Below, one piece after another: positions 19,178 to 28,656 of a DNA stretch of 64,000 nt. Numbering within the stretch: the first letter of the stretch is position 1; each line of letters starts with the position of its first letter. Both the position numbers and the translations under genes were made by a program. This stretch comes from Chloroflexota bacterium (GTDB taxonomy: Bacteria; Chloroflexota; UBA11872; VXOZ01), in the NCBI GenBank assembly GCA_963662335.2, contig CAXXVD010000001.1, positions 128,001 through 192,000 of the forward strand, given 5' to 3'. The notes beneath the pieces were generated by a model. It was given only the letters and a program-made list of their open reading frames with translations, made no database searches and was not told the origin of the DNA.

Positions 19178-20386
19178 GTGAAGGTTGACAGAGACCAATT
19201 CATGGACCAGGGCTATCTCATCTTTCGCAACCTCATTCCGCCGGACAAGCTAGACTCCATGCGCGCCGGTTGCGAGACCATGCTGGAGCGGCAGAAGGCA
19301 ATTTGGGCGCGGGAGCGCGGGCCGGACGACCCGCCCGGCGGCGAGTATGAGACGTCGCGCCAACCCCGCGTCATGATGATGCGCCCGGGCCTCATCGACG
19401 CGGAGACCGCCCACGTCGTGGAAGATTTCTGGGTCGCCGACCGGACCCTGGAGATCGCCAGCCAACTGTTGTGCAATCCCGAACCCTGCATCACCGAAAT
19501 GATGATGATGTGCAATCCCGTTCGCGATTGGCCGGGCGGCACCGGCTGGCACCGGGACGTGCATCCGGTGGACATGGCGCCGCTCGATGCGCTGCAGGCG
19601 GACGTGGTAGAGAACGGCCCCCGCTACACGCAGTGGAACGTGCCCCTGTATGACGATAACGTGCTGTGGGTCATTCCCGGCAGCCACCGCCGGCGCAGCA
19701 CTGCCCAGGAGCGCGCCGAATTGCTCGGGGACCGCGCCGGGCCGGTCACCGGCGGCGTGCCGGTGGAATTGAACGCCGGCGACGGCGTGGTCTATATCAA
19801 CTATCTCAACCACACCGGCAGCAACTACACCACCAAGACACGGCGCACGCTCCACGGCGGCCACGCGGTCTACGGTACGTATCCCGAACTTGGCTTTACT
19901 GAGAGCCTCGCGCCCTGGGCGCGGGAGCGTTTTGCGTCCTTTGCGGCGCGCGGCGAGCGCATGAAGGACGCCACCGAGGCCGCGCTCCGCGCCGTCATCG
20001 CAAGAGACGAGGTCGGCTACCGCGCCGCTTTGGATACTTTGCAACCGAATGTCGGCCCTCACGGCCGGACCACGCTCACGCTCTACCTGTCAAAAGTCGC
20101 GTTGCAGATGCGCTTGTTGAGAAGACCTGAGCAGCGAGAGCCGGACGACCTCCACCGCTGGGTCGAATCGTCGCACCCGATTACGCTGAATTGGGGCCCG
20201 GACTTCACCGCGCGCTTTACGGATGAAGAAGCGGCAACCCTGTGGCGCCGCTTCAGAGGCATCGACGCCGCGCTGCAAAGCGATGAAGAGATGTTCGAGC
20301 CGGCCTTTCAGGGACGGCCCATGCGCTACTTCTTCAATGAGTTGCCGGCGGGCGTGGACTGCGAGTCGTTCATCGCCGGCTGGTAG
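19178..20386 (+). CDS. Phytanoyl-CoA dioxygenase (PhyH) family protein with C-terminal extension
   Basis: F.DQGY, WHRD, VIPGSH, L.AGD, H.G.N; RBS AAGGAG. Confidence 0.85.
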   Translation: MKVDRDQFMDQGYLIFRNLIPPDKLDSMRAGCETMLERQKAIWARERGPDDPPGGEYETSRQPRVMMMRPGLIDAETAHVVEDFWVADRTLEIASQLLCNPEPCITEMMMMCNPVRDWPGGTGWHRDVHPVDMAPLDALQADVVENGPRYTQWNVPLYDDNVLWVIPGSHRRRSTAQERAELLGDRAGPVTGGVPVELNAGDGVVYINYLNHTGSNYTTKTRRTLHGGHAVYGTYPELGFTESLAPWARERFASFAARGERMKDATEAALRAVIARDEVGYRAALDTLQPNVGPHGRTTLTLYLSKVALQMRLLRRPEQREPDDLHRWVESSHPITLNWGPDFTARFTDEEAATLWRRFRGIDAALQSDEEMFEPAFQGRPMRYFFNELPAGVDCESFIAGW

Positions 20387-20542
20387 CGCGCGGACTCTAG
20401 ACGGCAGAAAGCGCCCGATGCCGCCGCCCACGCGGGGAGTGCGCGCCTTGCGCCAAAGGGCGTTTCTCCATACACTGGAATCATAGGCGCGGCGCAGCCT
20501 CTCGCGGCCGCGACAGCCAACATTTCAGTAAGGAGACTTCTC

Positions 20543-22279
20543 GTGAACGACGTGCAAAGACGCATGCGTGGCGGTATTGCAATTCTTCTGGCAGCGGCGG
20601 CGCTTGTGCTCGCGGCTGCTTGCGGCGTGCAGATGGAGCCGCCCCCTCCTGATCCTGACGCCGATCCCGCCGCCTTCACCCAGGCTTACGTGGCCGAGGC
20701 CATCGCCATGTACGAGGAGCAAGGCCGCGAGGCGATGTTCGCCCACTACAGCACGCCGGAAAGCGCCGTGGGTGTCTGGTATCTCTTCGTCATCGACCCG
20801 GCAGTGGACGAACTCGTCGTCCATCCCAACCAGGCGCTACTGGGCGCAAAATCCGTGCAGCGGCGCGACGTGCGCGGCTACCTCTACGGGCCGGAATTGC
20901 TCACAGCGACCGCGGACGGCCTCTGGGTGAGCTACTACTACCGCACGTATGAAGGCGACCAAACCCTGGCGGAAGGCCAGAAGCACGCCTGGATCGTGCG
21001 CCACGACGGGCTGCTCTTCGCTTCCGGCTGGTATGGCGACTTGGTTCCCGTCCCCACCAAAGCGGACGATCCGGCGGGCTACACCGAGTGGTTCGTCTAT
21101 GAAGCCGTGAACACCCACGACGTGGGTGGAGTCGAGGCTCTGGTTGAAAAGTACAATGACCCCGCGAGCGTGGACGGCGCGTGGCTCGTCACCGTGTACA
21201 ACGCGGAAGGCACGATCATTGCGCATCCCACGCTGCCGGAACTCGTGGGGCAGAACATCCTCGGCCCCCTGGGCACTGACGTGGCGGGCGTGCGCTTTGG
21301 GCCGCAGTTCTTGCAAGTGGACGAGGGCGGCGGCTGGATAACGCACCACGTCCGCGTTCCCGATGGCCCCGCCTGTTCGTTGCAGCACTCCTGGGCGGTC
21401 CGCCGGGGCGACGTGATCATGGCTTCCGCTTGGTTTGAGAGCGCGGTCGCGCACCCGCTCCTGCCCACTAAGTGCGATCCGATCTACTACACGGTGGCGA
21501 CCGTTGAGCGCGCCGTGGCCCGCTACCGCGCCGAGGGCCGCGCGGCCGCGTTTAGCTTCCACAACTCATTGGCCAGCAAGGACGACCGCTGGTACGTATT
21601 CATTCTGGGAACGGAGAGCAATGACATTCTTGCGCACCCGGCCCCGGTCTTTATCGGCCAGGACATATTAACCAGCGAAGCGTCCTACGACGACGCGCGC
21701 TACTTCTACGCGCGAGACTTAGTCGAGGCGACGGAGGAAGGACTCTTCGTCCATGATGTAATCGGCGTTCCGACGATAGATGAAGAGAACCCTTTTCACA
21801 CGTTTGAGGAAGTAAAGCACTACTACGCCGTGCGGGTGGATGACCTCATCTTCGTCAGCGGCTGGTACACGCCGGCCCCCACGAAAGATGACCCGGCCGA
21901 GTTCGCGCGGCTGCTGGTAGGGCGCGCCTTGACGCGCTACGACGACCAGGGTCTGGAGGCCACGCTCGCCCACTACAACGATCCGTCCAGCCTGGACGGC
22001 CCGTGGTACGTCTGGATCCTGGAAGACCGTGACGGCGATCTCTATACGATCGCGAACGCCAGCCTTCCCGAACTGGTGGGCACGACGCGCGAGCGCATCG
22101 ACGCCAACGGCTTCAACTACGGCGAGGCCTTTGCGGCGGTCAGCGAAGCCGGCGGCGGCGAGTGGGTAAGCTACCTCTTAACCCATCCCGAGACGCGCGA
22201 GGACGCGCCCAAGCATAGCTGGGTTGTGCGGCGCGGCAATCTGGTCTTTGGCGCGGGCTGGTACGAGGGCATCGAGTAG
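20543..22279 (+). CDS. Lipoprotein with four tandem single-Cache-like domains
   Basis: Lipobox AAAC; four units of about 130 aa containing WYxF..HP and ending SGWY/SAWF/SGWY/AGWY; RBS AAGGAG. Confidence 0.8.
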   Translation: MNDVQRRMRGGIAILLAAAALVLAAACGVQMEPPPPDPDADPAAFTQAYVAEAIAMYEEQGREAMFAHYSTPESAVGVWYLFVIDPAVDELVVHPNQALLGAKSVQRRDVRGYLYGPELLTATADGLWVSYYYRTYEGDQTLAEGQKHAWIVRHDGLLFASGWYGDLVPVPTKADDPAGYTEWFVYEAVNTHDVGGVEALVEKYNDPASVDGAWLVTVYNAEGTIIAHPTLPELVGQNILGPLGTDVAGVRFGPQFLQVDEGGGWITHHVRVPDGPACSLQHSWAVRRGDVIMASAWFESAVAHPLLPTKCDPIYYTVATVERAVARYRAEGRAAAFSFHNSLASKDDRWYVFILGTESNDILAHPAPVFIGQDILTSEASYDDARYFYARDLVEATEEGLFVHDVIGVPTIDEENPFHTFEEVKHYYAVRVDDLIFVSGWYTPAPTKDDPAEFARLLVGRALTRYDDQGLEATLAHYNDPSSLDGPWYVWILEDRDGDLYTIANASLPELVGTTRERIDANGFNYGEAFAAVSEAGGGEWVSYLLTHPETREDAPKHSWVVRRGNLVFGAGWYEGIE

Positions 22280-22402
22280 ACGCGTTTTTCTTGCTGGGCC
22301 GCTGCCCTCAGGCCCGCTCTTCGACAGGCTCTGAGCGAACGGAGAGGAAGCCACGCTCAGAGCGAACGGAAGGGCGCCGCAGCCGCTCGATGCCGCCCTC
22401 AC

Positions 22403-22506
22403 GTAGCGCGGGGGCTTGTCCCCCGCCTCTGCAATCAACCATGTAGCGCGGGGGCTTGTCCCCCGCCTCTGCAATCAACCACGTAGCGCGGGGGCTTGTC
22501 CCCCGC
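22403..22506. repeat. Three tandem REP copies (family A), 40-bp period
   Basis: GTAGCGCGGGGGCTTGTCCCCCGC at 22403, 22443 and 22483 with near-identical linkers. Confidence 0.9.
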
Positions 22507-22805
22507 TTCTGCGCTCGCATTGGGAGCGCGAGGGCTTGCGGGTAATGGCTGTCGCAAAAGCCCCTTTAGCGGCGAAGAGGCACGACTATTCAGGCGTAGG
22601 GGCACGACGTGTCGTGCCCCTACGCCATTTGCAGACCAATTGGCTGCATTTTCGTGACACCTCGAGCCGCAAGTGCGACCTCATTGGTTCTTGCGCCCCC
22701 CTTCGCAATGTTCACGCAGGCGCGCCGCTGCGCTATACTTGAGGAGAGTAGCGCAGCGCGTCACCGCGCCCGTTCCACTACAGATTCTCAAGGAGGAGAT
22801 TCTTC

Positions 22806-24062
22806 GTGCATAGCCGGATACACAAGAGCATAGGAGCAATTCTGGCGGCGGCGCTTTTGCTGGCCGTCTCCTGCAGCGTGCAGGTAATTCAACCTCCGCC
22901 CGATCCTGAAACCGAGCCCGCCGCGTATACGCAACATTTCGTGAACCAAGCGATAGCCCGTTACAAGGCGAACGGGTTGGCGCCAACCATTGCGTTCTAC
23001 AACACGGCTGAGAGCATGAACGGCCAATGGTACGTCTTCATCGGCGACGAGAACGACATCATGCTCGCCCACGCCTCCGTGCCGGAGAACGTGGGCATGC
23101 GGTTCGACGACATCCTGGGGCCGGGCGGCTATCCGGCCGGCGCGCAGGTGGCGGCCGCGGCCACGGCGGAGGGCGCGTGGACGACCTACACCTATTACAA
23201 CTCGGCGACTGATTCTTTCCAGTCGAAGCACTCGTGGGTGGTGCGCTACGACGGCAGGATCTTTGGTTCCGGTTGGTATGAAGATGGGGTATCCAAGTCC
23301 GATCCGGCAGCGTACACCCAGGAGTTCGTGCAGCAAGCCATCCGCCTCTATGACGCGGTCGGCCGGGACGCCGCGTTCGCCTACTACAACACGCCGGCGA
23401 GCGTGGACGAGGACTGGTACATCTTCATCATCGACGAGAATGAGAACACCATCATCCATCCCACCCGGCCCGAAATCCGGGGCACCTCGTCCAAGACGCG
23501 GCTCGACATCACCGGCTACGCCTATGGCTACGACCTGGTCAACGCCGATGAAGCCGGCAAGTGGGTAAGCTATTTCTTCACGAACCCGCAGACCGGCTAC
23601 GAGGACCAGAAGCACACCTGGGCCATCGAGCACGACGGCTACATCTTCGCTTCCGGCTGGTACGAGCGCGACGTGGACGTGGACGACGCGACGTATACCC
23701 AGTTCATGGTGCACCGCGCCATCCAGCGGTACGACGCTCAGGGGCTGGAAGCGACCATCGCGTACTTCAACTCTGAGGAGAGCGTGGAAGGCCAGTGGTA
23801 CGTCTTCGTGCTGGATGAAAACCAGGTCACGATCTCGCACTACAATCCGGAGCACATCGGCCGCACCCGCGAGATGCGCATCGACGCCCGCGGCTACGAC
23901 TACGGCGCCGACTTCCTGAAGGCCACCGAGGCAGGGGCGTGGATCGACTACGTCTTCCTGAATCCGGAAACTAACAAGGAGATGCTGAAGCACACCTGGC
24001 TGCGCAAGCACGACGGCATCTACTTCGGTTCCGGCTGGTACGAGGAAGTGAAGAAGGAATAG
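22806..24062 (+). CDS. Lipoprotein with three tandem single-Cache-like domains
   Basis: Lipobox AVSC; three units with WYxFI..H, Y...NP.T....KHxW and SGWYE; RBS AAGGAGG. Confidence 0.8.
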   Translation: MHSRIHKSIGAILAAALLLAVSCSVQVIQPPPDPETEPAAYTQHFVNQAIARYKANGLAPTIAFYNTAESMNGQWYVFIGDENDIMLAHASVPENVGMRFDDILGPGGYPAGAQVAAAATAEGAWTTYTYYNSATDSFQSKHSWVVRYDGRIFGSGWYEDGVSKSDPAAYTQEFVQQAIRLYDAVGRDAAFAYYNTPASVDEDWYIFIIDENENTIIHPTRPEIRGTSSKTRLDITGYAYGYDLVNADEAGKWVSYFFTNPQTGYEDQKHTWAIEHDGYIFASGWYERDVDVDDATYTQFMVHRAIQRYDAQGLEATIAYFNSEESVEGQWYVFVLDENQVTISHYNPEHIGRTREMRIDARGYDYGADFLKATEAGAWIDYVFLNPETNKEMLKHTWLRKHDGIYFGSGWYEEVKKE

Positions 24063-24339
24063 GGGGCAATTTGGTCTTAGGCCAAGTTGCGTGATGGGTT
24101 TGGATTCGGACAGAGAGACGCGGCGGGTGCTCCTGCACCCGGCGCGTCTCGCCTTAACCTTGCACAGCGGTGTCGCTCCAGTCACGCCGTTGCAAGGGGG
24201 CGTGGCCCTCACACTTTCGCTATAATGAGCCTTAACCTGTGCCGTGCTGCCATGGGACGGGGCTTATTGTGCAGAACGTGAACCGGCTCTGTACTGAGGC
24301 GATTGAAATGGCCGCGTGGGCGGAGAAAGGGGCGCCGTG

Positions 24340-25614
24340 ATGGCTGACGTATTGCAGGCCGGTGTCGGGCGCGCGACGATTACGCCGCCGCTGGGAACGT
24401 GGTTGTGCGGCTATGCCGGACGCGAGCGCGGTTGCGATTCGGTTCTCGACGATCTCTTTGCCACCACGCTCGTGCTCGCCAATGATGAGACGACCCTGGC
24501 GATCGTTACCTGCGACGTGTGCGGCCTGCCCACGCAGCAAGTGGCCGCGCTGCGCGCCTTGATTGCCGAACGCACCGGCATCCCGGGCGCAAACGTCCTC
24601 ATCAACACCTCCCACACCCATTCCGGGCCGATTACGAGCATCCGGGACGACATGCTGGCCCACGAGCGGGCCTATTGCGAGACGCTGATTCAGGTTATTG
24701 CGGGTTCCGTGGAAATGGCGCGCCACGACGTGGAGCCATGCCGCATCACCCACGGCGCGGGCAGCGCGCCCGTCAACGTCAATCGCCGCCTGCTGCGCGA
24801 GTCCGGCTGGGCGGGGATGGGCGAAAACCTTGGCGGCGCGATCGACAGGACCGTGCAGGTGCTGCGCGTGGATACCGTGGAGGGCGAGCCGCTCGCCGCG
24901 TTGGTGCACTACGCCTGCCATCCGGTGGTGTTGCAGCCGCCCAGCCTGGCGGTCTCCGCCGACTTTGTGGGCGTGGCGCGCGGGCTGTTCGAAGCCGCGA
25001 CCGGCGCGACCATGCTCTTCCTCCAAGGCGCGTGCGGCAACATCAACCCCATCGGCCAGCGCGGCGACATCGACATGCGGGAGCGCCTCTGGAACGTCGG
25101 CAGCGCGCTCGGCGCGGCGGCGTTGCAGGTCTACGCGCTGAACGGCCTGCACGCCACGCTTGGGGACACCGAGACCCTTGAGCCCGCGCTTGGGGCGGCG
25201 CAAGAGACCCTCGCTTTGGCCCTGCATACACCCAACGAACCGCCGGACTCCCATGGCGCGCGCACGCCGGCCCTCCGCTACTGGACGCCGCCGCTCCGCG
25301 ACGACGGCCGGGTCGCGTTCGAGGCGCAGGCCCTCCGTATCGGCAACGTGGCCCTGGTCGGCGGCGGCGGCGAGGTCTTCATCGAACTCGCCCAGGCGGT
25401 GCAGGAACGCTCGCCCTTCGCCCACACCATGTACCTGGGCTACACCAACGGCGACGTGGGCTACGTCCCCACCGCCAGCGCCTACCCGGAAGGCGGCTAC
25501 GAGGTCGATAGCGCCCACTTCCACTACAACCTCCCCGCCGCCGTCGCGCCGGACAGCGCCGGGCGGGTAGTTGACACCAGCGTGGCGCTCCTGGAGTCGC
25601 TACATCAAGAGTAG
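24340..25614 (+). CDS. Neutral/alkaline ceramidase-like hydrolase
   Basis: ITPP, SHTHSGP, VNRR, YACHP, SADFVG, QGACGNINP, GYVP, EGGYE. Confidence 0.8.
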   Translation: MADVLQAGVGRATITPPLGTWLCGYAGRERGCDSVLDDLFATTLVLANDETTLAIVTCDVCGLPTQQVAALRALIAERTGIPGANVLINTSHTHSGPITSIRDDMLAHERAYCETLIQVIAGSVEMARHDVEPCRITHGAGSAPVNVNRRLLRESGWAGMGENLGGAIDRTVQVLRVDTVEGEPLAALVHYACHPVVLQPPSLAVSADFVGVARGLFEAATGATMLFLQGACGNINPIGQRGDIDMRERLWNVGSALGAAALQVYALNGLHATLGDTETLEPALGAAQETLALALHTPNEPPDSHGARTPALRYWTPPLRDDGRVAFEAQALRIGNVALVGGGGEVFIELAQAVQERSPFAHTMYLGYTNGDVGYVPTASAYPEGGYEVDSAHFHYNLPAAVAPDSAGRVVDTSVALLESLHQE

Positions 25615-25667
25615 AGGTGGTACTGCGCACTGGGACTCGCAGTGATAGCAGTCGCACGAGGAAGGCT

Positions 25668-26495
25668 ATGTTCACACTTGGCGTAATGACCGACGAAATC
25701 TCGCAGGACCTCGCCCACGCCTTGGACGTGATCGAGGAGTTCGGCGTGCGTACCGTGGAATTGCACGAAATGTGGGACAAGAACATCTGCGACCTGGACA
25801 GCCATGAATTGACCCAGGTGCTGCGCATGGTGCGGCAGCGGGGGTTAGCGGTCTGTGAAATTGCTTCGCAATTCCTGCGGTGCCCCATCGACGACCTGGA
25901 CGCCTACAACGACCACGTCGCTATTCTGGAGCGCTCGATACAGATTGCGCCGCTCTTCGACTGCCAACTGGTGCGCTGCTTCTCCTTCTGGCGGGAGGAT
26001 GACCTCGAGACCCACTGGCACACCATTCTGGAGCGCCTGGAGTTGCCGGTGCGCATGGCGGAGTCCGCCGGCGTCACGCTGGCGTTCGAGAACGTGCGTT
26101 CGTGCAACATCGGCACCGGCGCGGAAACCGCGCGCCTGATGGAGACGATCAATTCGCCGAACCTGCGGGTGATCTGGGACCCGGGCAACGCCTATGTATC
26201 CGGCGAGGCGCGGCCGTATCCCGACGGCTACGAGGCGGTGAAGCCCTGGATCGTGCACGTGCACGTCAAGGACGCGGTGCTCAGCCCCGCAGGCGAATCT
26301 GTGTGGAAGCCCATCGGCGCGGGCAAGGTGGACTACGCGGGACAGTTCAAGGCGCTGGCGGACGACGGCTACGACGGCGTGGTCTCGCTGGAGACCCACT
26401 ACCAACCTGAGAACGGCACCCGCGAGCAGGGCAGCCGAGAGTCGTTCGCCGGGTTGCAAGCAATCTTGGCCGCGCAGGGAATCGTGCCCGACTAG
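25668..26495 (+). CDS. Sugar phosphate isomerase/epimerase (AP endonuclease 2 TIM barrel)
   Basis: TDEIS, FEN, WDPGN, HVHVKD, SLETH. Confidence 0.88.
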   Translation: MFTLGVMTDEISQDLAHALDVIEEFGVRTVELHEMWDKNICDLDSHELTQVLRMVRQRGLAVCEIASQFLRCPIDDLDAYNDHVAILERSIQIAPLFDCQLVRCFSFWREDDLETHWHTILERLELPVRMAESAGVTLAFENVRSCNIGTGAETARLMETINSPNLRVIWDPGNAYVSGEARPYPDGYEAVKPWIVHVHVKDAVLSPAGESVWKPIGAGKVDYAGQFKALADDGYDGVVSLETHYQPENGTREQGSRESFAGLQAILAAQGIVPD

Positions 26496-26526
26496 CGGAG
26501 TTTCCCCTCACCCTAACCCTCTCCCC

Positions 26527-26686
26527 GGCTGACAGGGGTAGGTATTCTACAATCGACTTCACCTGTCTTTTCGAACGGAGCGTAGCGGAGTGAGGAATCT
26601 GGAGCGCTGTGGCCATAGGAATGCGTGGAGCATTGGCCCTAGATTCCTCGCTGCGCTCGGAATGACATTTACCTAGCTTGTCAGCA
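26527..26686. mobile_element. MITE-like element family 2, copy 3
   Basis: TIRs GGCTGACAGGGGTAGGTA / TACCTAGCTTGTCAGCA; flanked by direct repeat TCTCCCC inside a CCCTCTCCC..GGGAGAGGG palindrome. Confidence 0.7.
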
Positions 26687-26745
26687 TCTCCCCAGGGAGA
26701 GGGAACCGGAGAAGACAACCGCTCGGTCGCCCTTGAACAATGGCC

Positions 26746-26925
26746 GTAGCACGGGGGCTTGTCCCCCGTCTCCGTCGGCTCCCCGTAGCGTGGGGGCTTG
26801 TCCCCCGCCTCCGTTTGCTCCCTGTAGCGCGGGGGCTTGTCCCCCGTCTCCGTCGGCTCCCCGTAGCGCGGGGGCTTGTCCCCCGCTTCCGTCCGCTCCC
26901 TGTAGCGCGGGAGCTTGTCCCCCGC
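26746..26925. repeat. Five tandem REP copies (family A), 39-bp period
   Basis: GTAGCRYGGG(G/A)GCTTGTCCCCCG at 26746, 26785, 26824, 26863 and 26902; linkers alternate between two similar types. Confidence 0.9.
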
Positions 26926-27046
26926 CGCATGGCGAGCAGAGGCAACGTCACGCAAGACCAGGCGGTAAGGCGCGGCCGCGCGCACGTCAGCGGCGCGTTT
27001 TCGCTACAATAAGAGCACGTAGCTTCTGTATCCCAGGGAGAGCGCG

Positions 27047-28441
27047 ATGAGCACCACCGTCGAGACTTCCAACCGTACGCTTGACGAACTCTTTGTCCGG
27101 CAGTTTGCCGGCTCCGCCGCGCGCTTCCAGGAAGCCGTCGGCATCTTTCCCAATGGCGCGACCCACGATAGCCGCGCGCAGAAACCCTTTCCGCTCTACA
27201 TCGAGCGGGCGCAGGGTGCGCACAAGTGGGACGTGGACGGCAATCGCATCATCGACTTTCTCGTCGGCCACGGCGCGTTGCTGCTCGGCCACGGCCACCC
27301 CGACGTTGTCGCGGCCGTAAACGACCAGATGCAGCGCGGCACGCACTACGGCGCGGCGCACGAGCGCGAAATCGAATGGGGCCGCTGGGTGCAGCGGCTC
27401 GTGCCCGCCGCCGAGCGCGTGCGCTTTACCGGCACCGGCACTGAGGCCACTCTCATGTGCCTGCGGCTGGCGCGCGCGTATACCGGCAAAAGCAAAGTTA
27501 TCAAATTCGAGCATCACTTCCACGGTTGGCACGACTACGTGGTGGTGGAAGAACCGCCCGCGCCGCCGCCCGCCGGTGTCCCCGCGGGCACGGCCGGCTC
27601 AATGCTCGTGCTGCCGGTGCATGATCCGGAGCGGCTGGAGTCCGTCTTGCGCAGCGACCCCGACATTGCCGCCGTCATCCTGGAACCCACCGGCGCGGGG
27701 TACTCTTCGCATCCGCTCGATCCCGACTTCCTGGCAGCCGTGCGCAAACTCACGCTGGACTACGGCGTGCTGCTCATCATGGACGAGGTGATAACCGGCT
27801 TTCGCTGCTCACCGGGCGGCGCGCAGGCGGCCACCGGCGTCATTCCCGACCTCACGAGCCTGGCGAAGATTCTGGCCGGCGGTTTGCCCGGCGGCGCGGT
27901 AGCCGGGCGCGCCGACATCCTCGCCCACCTGGAATACCGCGCTGAACCGGGGTGGAACGCCCGCAAGAAAATTCGCCACCAGGGCACGTTCAACGCTAAC
28001 CCGTTGTCGGCTGCGGCCGGCACTACTGCCCTGTCAATCGTGGCCGAAGGCTGGCCGGCCCGCCACGTCAACGACCTGGCGGCCATGCTGCGCACTGAAC
28101 TCAACCAGGTCATGGACGCCCACGGCCTTACCGGCTGCGTCTACGGCACGTACTCCATGTTCCACATCCTGCTCTACAATCCCCACAATCCCCACGAGAA
28201 GATCAACCTGGCGGATTTCGATTCCGCCGATGCCCAGCCGTTCCTCACCATGCGGGACGCGGATGCGGCGCTCTACGGCAAGCTGAAACGCGGCTTGCAG
28301 GTCAACGGCGTGGACCTCATGGGCGACGGCGGCATGCTCTCCACCGCGCACACCGAGGAAGACGTGCGCGAAGCGGCTGCGGCTTTCGACCGCACGGTGG
28401 ACCTCTTGAAGCGGGAAGGCGCGATTCCCGGCGTCCGGTAG
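27047..28441 (+). CDS. Class III PLP aminotransferase (GSA-aminomutase-like)
   Basis: GTEAT, FHGWHD, DEVITGFR, LAKILAGG, HQGTFNANP. Confidence 0.9.
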   Translation: MSTTVETSNRTLDELFVRQFAGSAARFQEAVGIFPNGATHDSRAQKPFPLYIERAQGAHKWDVDGNRIIDFLVGHGALLLGHGHPDVVAAVNDQMQRGTHYGAAHEREIEWGRWVQRLVPAAERVRFTGTGTEATLMCLRLARAYTGKSKVIKFEHHFHGWHDYVVVEEPPAPPPAGVPAGTAGSMLVLPVHDPERLESVLRSDPDIAAVILEPTGAGYSSHPLDPDFLAAVRKLTLDYGVLLIMDEVITGFRCSPGGAQAATGVIPDLTSLAKILAGGLPGGAVAGRADILAHLEYRAEPGWNARKKIRHQGTFNANPLSAAAGTTALSIVAEGWPARHVNDLAAMLRTELNQVMDAHGLTGCVYGTYSMFHILLYNPHNPHEKINLADFDSADAQPFLTMRDADAALYGKLKRGLQVNGVDLMGDGGMLSTAHTEEDVREAAAAFDRTVDLLKREGAIPGVR

Positions 28442-28519
28442 CACAGGCGGCTACGTCCTGGTAGTACTCGATGCGCCGGCGCTTCATCGCTTGCGGCTGC
28501 CACGCGGGGTGGGCAGAGA

Positions 28520-28594
28520 GGGCGCAGGTTGCAAACCTACGCTACCGCTATTGCCGCCAGTACATTCGGGCGCAGGTTGCAAACCTACGCTACC
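28520..28594. repeat. Two tandem REP copies (family D)
   Basis: GGGCGCAGGTTGCAAACCTACGCTACC twice, 48-bp period; the same palindrome occurs inside MITE family 1. Confidence 0.75.
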
Positions 28595-28656
28595 GCTGTC
28601 ACGGCCTATCGATTTGAGCGCGTTGGACCACGGTCCGGCAGCGCGTGGCGCGCTGG

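Noticed and set aside
22788-24212. Long antisense ORFs (for example 22788-24212, 24232-25524, 30313-31695, 41143-42594)
   Set aside because: Shadows of real genes caused by high-GC codon bias; no recognisable motifs.
26746-26925. CRISPR array (also 22403-22506)
   Set aside because: Linkers are only 15-16 bp and near-identical, the repeat also occurs singly elsewhere, and no cas genes are present; these are REP tandems.
26347-27050. Repeat-containing proteins (EAGDKPPRY and ARGLVPR ORFs; also 22178-22742)
   Set aside because: They are translations of REP tandems, not genes.
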